Virus record (IMG/VR): IMGVR_UViG_2925639251_000002
DNA: 32,422 nt
Source: a virus
Strand: one strand, 5' to 3'
Below the pieces are notes generated by a model that saw only the letters and a list, made by a program, of their open reading frames with translations, was not told where the DNA came from and ran no database searches. This document shows positions 1 to 7,159 of the stretch, one piece after another; position 1 is the first letter of the stretch; each line of letters starts with the position of its first letter. Position numbers and translations under genes: made by a program.

Positions 1-173
1 AAAACAAGCGTCAACAGGAAGTAACGGTTCATCAGTTCAAGCAGGCACAAAAGGATATTCAGCATCTTAGCGGGGATAGGAAACGATACAAACAGGCATT
101 AGAGAAGATCATTACCAATCTCAATTTTGCAATAACAGTTGCCCAAAATGAATTGGAGGGAGATGGAGAATGA
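1..173 (+). CDS. 3' end of a phage hypothetical protein (partial; ...NKRQQEVTVHQFKQAQKDIQHLSGDRKRYKQALEKIITNLNFAITVAQNELEGDGE)
   Basis: Open frame from base 3 to TGA at 171-173, with an ATGA overlap into the next gene. Not in the ORF track. Confidence 0.75.
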   Translation, partial: NKRQQEVTVHQFKQAQKDIQHLSGDRKRYKQALEKIITNLNFAITVAQNELEGDGE

Positions 174-430
174 TACCTTTACAGGTTGAGCTTCAGCGGG
201 CAGTCAAAGCCACAAAAGACGAAGCGATGACCATTTATGAGGCGGCGCAGTATTTAAAGGTTGAGGTTGAGGCAGTACCTATGTTGGTGGCTCAAGCAGA
301 GGATTTGAAGATGATTGGGAATGAAGTAATTATTGCAAAGCGTGATAAAACAAATAGCTGGCTTATATTGTTGATTGTTATAGGTGCTTTTTTTGTTATA
401 TCTATATTGCCTTATTGGATTACCGGATAA
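170..430 (+). CDS. Small phage protein with a C-terminal transmembrane helix
   Basis: GGAGG RBS, ATGA coupling, hydrophobic C-terminus WLILLIVIGAFFVISILPYW. Confidence 0.8.
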   Translation: MIPLQVELQRAVKATKDEAMTIYEAAQYLKVEVEAVPMLVAQAEDLKMIGNEVIIAKRDKTNSWLILLIVIGAFFVISILPYWITG

Positions 431-538
431 ATTCAAGGATACCCATGATAATTGAGTTTTCATTTGATTAATTATTAAAATTTTAGAAGAATAAGGTATA
501 ATGTGATTATTAAGTCCTGGAGTAAAAGGAGTTTTATT

Positions 539-1681
539 TTGGATAGCGTAAAATTTACCTTATTTGATGTAGATCGATTTTGGACAGGTTTTAATGATTA
601 CAAAAAGTTCAAAGTAGACAATAAAGAACATGATTTTTTTCAACTGTTTCGCAATGAAATTCCCGCGTCTATCGGAAAAGCCTTAAAAGAAAGACAATTC
701 AAAAATCTAGACCATATCAGCATAAAAGCCTCTACAGGTACAGGTAGGATTTCAGATTCATTTTGGATTGCTTTTCTTGATGATCGTTTAACAACTAAAG
801 GGAATAGAGTATCAACACAAGTAGGGATTTATATTGTTATTTTGTTTTCAGAAGACGGCCAAAACTTTTATTTGAGCATTGCCACAGGTACTGAAAAATT
901 CAGTCTATCAAAAATTAGAGAACAAGCTAAACAAGGTAGAGAATTTTTTGCAAAACAAATTCAATCGAATGATGAGTTATTAGGTTTTAATACAAATGAA
1001 TTTTATTTGGGTAAATCTGAGAGACCGAAAAAATATGCTGCCAGTGCTCTTATAAATAAGAGATATAATTTATTTACATTTGATGAAAATCAATTACTTA
1101 ATGATTTAGTTGCGTTAAATAATCTATTTTATGATTATGTTTATGAGTTCTATTTAACAGAAGTTGAAGCTCTAATTGGTGATTCAAAATCAACAAAAAA
1201 GACGCTGCCTAGAAGAGTGATTAACGTAGATAAATATAAACAACTCCGTCTAGAAAGAGAAATAGAAAATGAAATCACTGGAAAAACTGCAGAAGAGTTT
1301 GTCTATAATTATGAAAAGGAGTATTTAAAAACGTTAGGAAAAAGTGATTTGGCTCAGTTGGTTGACTGGGTATCTAGTAGAGAAGATGGACATGGTTATG
1401 ATATTAAATCATATTTTCCTGATGGCACAGAGAAGTTTATCGAGGTTAAAGGAACCAAATTCAAAAATAAGTATCGTACTTTTTATTTATCCGAACGAGA
1501 AAGACTTGTTGCTGAGGAAAAGGGTAACGAATATGTTTTAACATTAGTTGAGAACGTGGGTAATCCTAGGCTTATAAAAATTATAAAAGAGGTTAGGGAC
1601 CCGATTCATAAAATGTGTTTAAAGCCGCTAAATTATAGTTGTAAACTGAAACCAGAGGGATGTCAAGACAATGACGAATGA
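539..1681 (+). CDS. DUF3578 (McrB N-terminal/MrcB-like) domain fused to a DUF3883 PD-(D/E)xK nuclease; putative modification-dependent (type IV-like) restriction nuclease
   Basis: N-terminal motif STGTGRISDSFWIAFLD...GIYIVILFSEDGQNFYLSIATG; C-terminal GKTAEEFV...GHGYDIKS...FIEVKGT...FYLSERE. Start moved from 503 to TTG 539, which follows AGGAG at 527-531; TATAAT at 497-502. Confidence 0.8.
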   Translation: MDSVKFTLFDVDRFWTGFNDYKKFKVDNKEHDFFQLFRNEIPASIGKALKERQFKNLDHISIKASTGTGRISDSFWIAFLDDRLTTKGNRVSTQVGIYIVILFSEDGQNFYLSIATGTEKFSLSKIREQAKQGREFFAKQIQSNDELLGFNTNEFYLGKSERPKKYAASALINKRYNLFTFDENQLLNDLVALNNLFYDYVYEFYLTEVEALIGDSKSTKKTLPRRVINVDKYKQLRLEREIENEITGKTAEEFVYNYEKEYLKTLGKSDLAQLVDWVSSREDGHGYDIKSYFPDGTEKFIEVKGTKFKNKYRTFYLSERERLVAEEKGNEYVLTLVENVGNPRLIKIIKEVRDPIHKMCLKPLNYSCKLKPEGCQDNDE

Positions 1682-2354
1682 AATATTAAAAGATCTTAAA
1701 TCAATATTGATTACATTCTTAAAATTTCTATGTGTTTTAGCAGTACTTACGATTATAGCATTTATTTCTTGGCATTTGAGAGCATATGAAGTTATTTATT
1801 ACATAATTGTAATAGGTGCTTACCTAGCTATTTGGTTTGTAATATATTGTTTTTTAATAAGGCCGCAAAGAGTAAAAAGAGATAATTTGTACCTTTGGTT
1901 AGATCAACCGAATTTCACAGACAAAGAGTTTATTGATGATTTATCGGATGTTCCTGTAAAGGACTTGTTAGAAAATCTAGAGACAATTTATAAAAAATTA
2001 TTGATTTATGCAAAATTTGATATAATTAAACTAAAATTATTAAAGGCATATTTCAAGACCAAAAACTCAGAAAATAATATCGAGGTGTTTTTTCGCTCGT
2101 TAGTAGCTATAATTTCAGGGCCTCTGTTATTATTTGTAATAAACAATAGACAATTATTTGTATTTCTAAAGCCAAAAGACTTCGCTGAGATTAACCCAAC
2201 GTTTCTTACCGCGGCAAATATTTTAACTATAGCCTTATTTTTCTTAAGTGTTCTTTTGTTTTTGATATCTGATTCAGTAACAAATAAAAAAAGAAACCTT
2301 ATAATTGAGGAAATACTTGACGTATGTATTAGCGAATGTAGTACAAAAAAATAA
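1671..2354 (+). CDS. Hypothetical membrane protein with about 4 TM helices, translationally coupled to the nuclease
   Basis: 11-bp overlap with the upstream gene; two N-terminal and two C-terminal hydrophobic segments. Confidence 0.8.
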   Translation: MTNEILKDLKSILITFLKFLCVLAVLTIIAFISWHLRAYEVIYYIIVIGAYLAIWFVIYCFLIRPQRVKRDNLYLWLDQPNFTDKEFIDDLSDVPVKDLLENLETIYKKLLIYAKFDIIKLKLLKAYFKTKNSENNIEVFFRSLVAIISGPLLLFVINNRQLFVFLKPKDFAEINPTFLTAANILTIALFFLSVLLFLISDSVTNKKRNLIIEEILDVCISECSTKK

Positions 2355-2373
2355 GTCCAAGACGGAAAGCCTG

Positions 2374-2422
2374 CGGACACTGAACTTACAGCATTGCGCT
2401 GTTTGTTCAGTGTCCGTTTTTT
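2374..2422 (+). terminator. Intrinsic terminator with a long stem
   Basis: CGGACACTGAAC (2374-2385) and GTTCAGTGTCCG (2405-2416) form a perfect 12-bp stem, with an inner ACAGC/GCTGT stem, followed by TTTTTT. Confidence 0.85.
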
Positions 2423-2441
2423 ATTTGAACGGAGGGAAGGC

Positions 2442-2548
2442 ATGAAGAAGAGGAAGAAAAAGCCCATTGAAAACGCGTATGAGTGTTCTGAACGTAAGAT
2501 AGGAAAACGTTGAAAAGAGACAAAGGCGAGGCTTTAAGACGTAAATAA
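2442..2548 (+). pseudogene. Small basic phage ORF, apparently frameshifted (MKKRKKKPIENAYECSER.../...DRKTLKRDKGEALRRK)
   Basis: GGAGGG RBS and ATG at 2442; the frame stops at 2513. A second frame continues with basic sequence to TAA 2548, just before the ArpU RBS. Confidence 0.5.
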
Positions 2549-2563
2549 ACGGGAGGTAAAAAT

Positions 2564-3013
2564 ATGAATCAATTAACATTAAACATTCCTCAGATTGACG
2601 AAGAAGCGACTAAATCAAAAGCAGAGAAGCTGCTTGATCAATACCGGTTATATCTCTTACAGGTGCCAGATAATTTTTTACCAAAGGTTACACCAACTTA
2701 TAGCATTGTTCCGCCAAGCATCACAAATGAGTTTCATTCTTCAACAGAAGAGGCAGCATTAAAGCGTCTTGAATGGGAGATTCAGCGTGACAAATTCTTA
2801 AAAAGGATTCAAAGGGCTGTTAACCGGCTTTCTCAAAGAGAACGGCAGATCATTGTCATGCTCTATATGCAGCCGGAAGAAATGTATGACTATGAAGTGT
2901 ATGCAGAAATGGGCTTGAGTCAGCGCAGCTATTATCGTGTAAAGGCTAAAGCTCTCTATAGGCTGGCGTTTGCTCTAAGAGAAGAAGTCTACAAGAAAGG
3001 GGCAGCTTCTTAA
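2564..3013 (+). CDS. ArpU-family phage late transcriptional regulator
   Basis: PKVTPTYS..PP...STEEAA motif; C-terminal sigma-4-like HTH (LSQRERQII...MGLSQRSYYRVKAKALYRLAFAL); located upstream of the packaging genes. Confidence 0.92.
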   Translation: MNQLTLNIPQIDEEATKSKAEKLLDQYRLYLLQVPDNFLPKVTPTYSIVPPSITNEFHSSTEEAALKRLEWEIQRDKFLKRIQRAVNRLSQRERQIIVMLYMQPEEMYDYEVYAEMGLSQRSYYRVKAKALYRLAFALREEVYKKGAAS

Positions 3014-3555
3014 TGAATTTTGTTCAGCCTATACGTGATCCGGAATGTATCTTCTACATCAAAAGATTTTTAAAAGAGCAAAACATGAGGAATTACATGC
3101 TATTCGTGACCGGTATCAATTCAGGGCTCCGCATATCAGATATTCTGCAGCTGAGAGTGAGAGACGCTAAACGGCCATACTTCAATCTCGTAGAGAAGAA
3201 AACGAAAAAGAAAAAAAGAATCGACATGACGCCAGCTCTTCAAAGAGAATTTAAAGCCTATGTCGAAGGGAAAGAGGATCATGAGTTTCTCTTTAAAAGC
3301 CGTGAAGGGATTAACAAGCCAATATCCCGGTCGATGGCATACAAGATTCTCAGGGCGGCTGCTGAATATGTTGGTTTAGATGACATTGGCACGCATACAT
3401 TGAGGAAAACATTTGGCTATCACTTTTACAAACAAACAAAGGACGTTGCCATGCTGCAGGAGATATTTAATCACTCAGACCAACGGACAACCCTGCGGTA
3501 TATCGGAATCAACCAAGACGCCATGAACAACGCTATGAAGAAATTTAAAATATAA
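3013..3555 (+). CDS. Short tyrosine recombinase (catalytic domain only), ArpU-linked
   Basis: GLRISD (catalytic R), HTLRKTFG (HxxR), FNHS...TLRYIG (H, Y); 180 aa with no arm-binding domain. Confidence 0.93.
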   Translation: MNFVQPIRDPECIFYIKRFLKEQNMRNYMLFVTGINSGLRISDILQLRVRDAKRPYFNLVEKKTKKKKRIDMTPALQREFKAYVEGKEDHEFLFKSREGINKPISRSMAYKILRAAAEYVGLDDIGTHTLRKTFGYHFYKQTKDVAMLQEIFNHSDQRTTLRYIGINQDAMNNAMKKFKI

Positions 3556-3557
3556 CC

Positions 3558-3594
3558 AGGCTCATCCAAAACAATAAGGATGGGCCTTTTCTTT
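3558..3594 (+). terminator. Intrinsic terminator after the recombinase
   Basis: AGGCTCATCC / GGATGGGCCT stem followed by TTTCTTT. Confidence 0.8.
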
Positions 3595-3606
3595 GCATTT
3601 TTCGTC

Positions 3607-3722
3607 AATTCCTCAAAAATAACAGGTGTGTAATTCATTTTAGGGATGTTGGTTAAAAACAGAGAGGACAAGGGGTTGGCTCAGTTCGACGAGTTGCACA
3701 GTATAAAACATATGGGTAATTC
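3607..3722. promoter_or_regulatory. Putative recombinase target (res-like) site: two imperfect dyads in inverted orientation
   Basis: AATTCCTCA-N11-TGTGTAATTC (3607-3636) and GAGTTGCACA-N12-TGGGTAATTC (3691-3722), immediately downstream of the recombinase. Confidence 0.5.
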
Positions 3723-3738
3723 GTGGATAATGTGGATA

Positions 3739-3764
3739 TGTTATACTATACAAAAAAAGGGGGA
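3739..3764 (+). promoter_or_regulatory. Extended -10 SigA-type promoter and RBS of the DUF4145 gene
   Basis: TGtTATACT at 3739-3747; AAGGGGGAG before ATG 3773. Confidence 0.5.
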
Positions 3765-3772
3765 GTTATTTT

Positions 3773-4351
3773 ATGGATTTATATGGACAATGGAATGATG
3801 CTGATAAAATGGAACCGCGCAAATATCAATGTGCCCACTGTGATGCAGTAGTTGGTCCGGATACCGGCTATTTTTGTAGCGATATAAACACTATGATGAG
3901 TACGCTGGCGTATATTTATATATGCTCTAATTGCAACAGACCTACTTATTTTGAAATTAATGGTGTTCAAATTCCTTCACCGCGATATGGAAAAAAGGTA
4001 GAACATCTTCCGGAAGAAATTGAAAAAGTTTACACAGAAATAAGAGATTGTATGTCTCATCAATTATATACTGCAGGTGTATTGTTAGCGAGGAAGCTAT
4101 TAATGAATATAGCTGTTGATTCGGGTGCAGCAGAGGGAGAGAAGTTTGTAACCTATGTAAATTTTCTCGATGATGAAGGCGTTATTCCTAAAGACGGTAA
4201 GGATTGGGTTGATGCTATTAGACAAGCGGGTAACATTGCAACTCATAAAATACCATCAATAGATAAAGAATTAGCAGAACGAATTGTAAAATTTTTAGAA
4301 TTTTTATTAAGAATAAAATATGAAATGCCTGGTGAATTGGCAAAAAACTAA
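3773..4351 (+). CDS. DUF4145 (HEPN-like) protein with an N-terminal zinc ribbon; moron
   Basis: CAHC...CSNC; LPEEIEKVYTEIRDC...AGVLLARKLL; IRQAGNIATH (RxxGNxAxH). Confidence 0.85.
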   Translation: MDLYGQWNDADKMEPRKYQCAHCDAVVGPDTGYFCSDINTMMSTLAYIYICSNCNRPTYFEINGVQIPSPRYGKKVEHLPEEIEKVYTEIRDCMSHQLYTAGVLLARKLLMNIAVDSGAAEGEKFVTYVNFLDDEGVIPKDGKDWVDAIRQAGNIATHKIPSIDKELAERIVKFLEFLLRIKYEMPGELAKN

Positions 4352-4409
4352 TTTTGGCATAAACTTGGCAGGATAACGGCACACCATTTTGTTTTTCATA
4401 ATGTAATAT
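4337..4409 (+). promoter_or_regulatory. Putative ArpU-activated late promoter: phased GGCA direct repeats plus a -10 box
   Basis: TTGGCA at 4337, 4354 and 4365 and ACGGCA at 4376 (11-bp period for the last three); TAATAT at 4404-4409; no consensus -35. Confidence 0.6.
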
Positions 4410-4432
4410 GGTAGTAGGTAATAAATCGACAA

Positions 4433-4461
4433 GCGCTTTCCCACTCGGGAGGGCGTTTTTT
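4433..4461 (+). terminator. Intrinsic terminator, copy 1 of a direct repeat
   Basis: GCGCTTTCCC-ACTC-GGGAGGGCGT followed by a T run. Confidence 0.8.
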
Positions 4462-4732
4462 CATTGCAGTTCATTAGACTAAAAAAGATGTACTAAATAT
4501 TCAATTGTGGAGGTAGTGCGGTGTTTAAGGAAAGTAAACTGCCATTTGAAGCGGTTGTGTCTCTTAGGTGTTATGAAGGAGCAAAGGGAGCGTCTTGATA
4601 TGATATTCTGTTCCTGAATTAATTAAATTACTCGTTGAAACTAGATGTAAGCTTGTTCGTAAATAATTCGACAAATTCTGCAAATTATTCCTTTGTCCTT
4701 TTCTTTCACTGATAATAAGGTGGGAGGTGATT

Positions 4733-5197
4733 ATGTTGGAAGATACTAAATTTGTTGCTGTCGAACCTATAACAGAGTATCAAAGTTTATGCGCAAGTGC
4801 TTTCTTAAAAGCCATTTTTAGTGAAGATGTTAAGGAATTTTGGAGTGTTTTAGCTAAAACAGAACAATCTTACATAACAGGTATTTATCAAACAAATAAA
4901 CACTTTGGCGAGGAACAAAACCTTGAAGACTTATTAAAAGATATTCAGGAAGAGATTCAAGAAGAGTTCAAAGAAGTCAAAAATAATTATGGCAAAAGTC
5001 AAAAAGCTCGATATACAAAAGATGGTGATGTACATGTGTATTTCTTAGAAAATATACAGACTTCGGTTTCTGTTATCAGTCCAATACAAACTGAAGTTTT
5101 TACAATTGTTCTTACACCAGAAACTGTATTCTTGAACGGAGATTATAAAGTGATATATAAGTTGAAATTAGCCAATCGTTTAAGTGATGATATTTAA
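4733..5197 (+). CDS. Hypothetical protein (moron), no recognised family
   Basis: GGGAGGTGA RBS favours ATG 4733 over GTG 4727; AT-rich; has its own terminator. Confidence 0.8.
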   Translation: MLEDTKFVAVEPITEYQSLCASAFLKAIFSEDVKEFWSVLAKTEQSYITGIYQTNKHFGEEQNLEDLLKDIQEEIQEEFKEVKNNYGKSQKARYTKDGDVHVYFLENIQTSVSVISPIQTEVFTIVLTPETVFLNGDYKVIYKLKLANRLSDDI

Positions 5198-5220
5198 TAA
5201 AAAAGAATTCATTCCTTGGA

Positions 5221-5247
5221 AAAGCATCCTTTGGGGTGCTTTTTTAT
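5221..5247 (+). terminator. Intrinsic terminator, potentially bidirectional
   Basis: AAAGCATCC-TTTG-GGGTGCTTT followed by further Ts. Confidence 0.85.
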
Positions 5248-5353
5248 TTGGGTAGTTGCATACCACTGAAGGCGAGCAGGTGCACATGTGAACCGGAGGA
5301 AAGGAACGTTTGGGGGAGGGGCAGCCCTTTAAACTAGTCTTAACCCCTTGATT

Positions 5354-5443
5354 TATATTCTCTGTAAACTGCTTCCGGTAAATCTCAGGATAGACTATTG
5401 GCGGTTAACAGCTTGAGTACGGTGGCAGTTTAGAAAGAATATA
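5354..5443 (+). ncRNA. Candidate structured RNA: 90-nt multi-stem hairpin with no U tail
   Basis: Nested pairings TATATTCT/AGAATATA, TAAACTGC/GCAGTTTA, CCG/CGG, CTCAGG/CTTGAG, GACT/GGTT; G-U pairs favour the + strand. Confidence 0.55.
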
Positions 5444-5634
5444 TACAATCATTTTTTAATTCGAACACCGAAAAATCTTTCGACAATTTTTGCAAACAGT
5501 ATCAAATAAATTACTTTTAACCGATAATAATATGTGAAGCCAAGAATGCATTGTCGAAACAAAATTAAATAAAGCGCTTATGTTTAGAGTTTAACTGAAG
5601 TATAAGCGAGACATGGTAGAGCATATATTAAAGA

Positions 5635-7041
5635 GTGGTGAGATTTATGGTTGTTACAGGAGACTATCAGTGTAATGTATGTAAAAGTATTACTCGTATA
5701 AAGGTTCAGCTAGGTTGGCTAGATAAATATCCAGTGAGAATCAGGTGTGGAAATTGCAAAATTTCTATATATGGAAATGTATATTTAGACCAAAAAAACG
5801 CAGGGTATTCTATTAAATTAAAAAATGTCAATCCTCTTGAGCCAGGTGAATTACCTGATTATATAGTGGAAGTTTCAGGTGAGCTTTTAACAGAAAAGAT
5901 ACGTTTATATACTGAATCGAAGAGTGACGTTTTCAGTCCCTTTTTTAAAAATGGTGTTTTTGTTATGGGTGAGAATATAGAACAGTTCAAGCGAAGCACC
6001 CTTTTATTTCTTTATAAAATAGATAATGAATGGCCCATAGTTAAACGGATTAATGAATTATGGTTCAATGATAGCCATGGATATTTGAGAAAAGAACTTC
6101 ATGATGTATTAGATAAAACACCGTTTCCGGCAGATAACGAATTAGAATTGTTAAGAGCTGTCCATTTTTTAAATACTCGGTTTATTGAAACTTTTGCGGG
6201 AGAATATTTTAAGAAAATAACGGATCATATATTTAACGAATTTAAAGATACAAACTCGGCACAATTGTTATTACTTGCACAACATTTTGAGAATACCTTA
6301 GGATCATACGAGAAAAAATTATTCAATATTCTTGATAAATTTGTCCAAAAATTCCATATGTTTATTCCTATTTTTGGATTAGATTTTTATTCAGACATAA
6401 AACATAGAGAGGAATCAATACAACAACTAGGATTGACAACGGTTGATTTTGAAGATATCAAGGATTTTTATACAGACACTTTTGAAGATATAAGTGATGT
6501 TTTAAATTTAGTCATTGCTTACAATAATTTAAAACATCGTGGAAATTTTAAAGAAATGAAAAGTAATGTAATTGATAGTATCCAAGAAATTAAGGATTAT
6601 CAAAAAATGCAAAAAAAAGGGAGGAAGCTAGAATTTATAAATGGTAAAGAAAGCTTTGATAAAATATTTGTCTCAAAAGTTGATAATCGATTACGAAATG
6701 CAATATCACATAGAAGTTACATCTATAATGTTGATACACAGAAGTTGAAATATTACCCTTCAGGTGATGTAAGTAGAGGTACTGCCGAAAGTTTATATTT
6801 AACAGAGTTTATTCAAGAATGTTTTAAATTAATGAGGTCTTGTATAGGATTAGCCGAAATTGTTTATCAAACCCGTAAGTTTAGTTATATAAATAAAGGT
6901 ATTGAGTCTAGACCTTTTAATCATTACTTTCCTTCATCTGAGAAAAAAAGAACTAATACTAAAATAAAAACCAATCAAAATAAAAAGAAAAACAAAAAGA
7001 AACTAGCAAAAAAAAACCGCAAAATAAATAGAAAAAAATAA
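5635..7041 (+). CDS. Zn-ribbon protein with a putative C-terminal HEPN RNase motif and Lys-rich tail; candidate defence effector
   Basis: CNVC...CGNC at the N-terminus; RLRNAISH (RxxxxH); KKKNKKKLAKKNRKINRKK tail; AT-rich. Start codon uncertain. Confidence 0.75.
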   Translation: MVRFMVVTGDYQCNVCKSITRIKVQLGWLDKYPVRIRCGNCKISIYGNVYLDQKNAGYSIKLKNVNPLEPGELPDYIVEVSGELLTEKIRLYTESKSDVFSPFFKNGVFVMGENIEQFKRSTLLFLYKIDNEWPIVKRINELWFNDSHGYLRKELHDVLDKTPFPADNELELLRAVHFLNTRFIETFAGEYFKKITDHIFNEFKDTNSAQLLLLAQHFENTLGSYEKKLFNILDKFVQKFHMFIPIFGLDFYSDIKHREESIQQLGLTTVDFEDIKDFYTDTFEDISDVLNLVIAYNNLKHRGNFKEMKSNVIDSIQEIKDYQKMQKKGRKLEFINGKESFDKIFVSKVDNRLRNAISHRSYIYNVDTQKLKYYPSGDVSRGTAESLYLTEFIQECFKLMRSCIGLAEIVYQTRKFSYINKGIESRPFNHYFPSSEKKRTNTKIKTNQNKKKNKKKLAKKNRKINRKK

Positions 7042-7124
7042 TAGTAATTATATCTTTTTGGTTCGTTTTTACGAAAATGTCTGCCAGTTAAGACTAATGC
7101 ATATGACATTTGAAATTATATTAG

Positions 7125-7153
7125 GCGCTTTCCCAACTGGGAGGGCGCTTTTT
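7125..7153 (+). terminator. Intrinsic terminator, copy 2 of the 4433 hairpin
   Basis: GCGCTTTCCCA-ACT-GGGAGGGCGC-TTTTT. Confidence 0.8.
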
Positions 7154-7159
7154 AATTAG

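Noticed and set aside
2006-2467. 153-aa minus-strand ORF and other antisense ORFs in the track (e.g. 8619-9089, 12130-12705, 28869-29372, 31286-31588)
   Set aside because: They are shadows of well-supported genes on the opposite strand, with no RBS or motifs.
3013-3555. Prophage integrase marking an att boundary
   Set aside because: It is too short, has no arm-binding domain and sits internally beside arpU.
5384-5417. SRP RNA helix-8-like CAGG...CAGC pattern; tRNA
   Set aside because: It lacks the GGAA tetraloop and AGCAG geometry, and no cloverleaf or T-loop is present.
4337-5560. CRISPR-like or attC-like array
   Set aside because: The repeats are short, few and irregularly spaced; there are no constant-length spacers, cas genes or canonical attC boxes.
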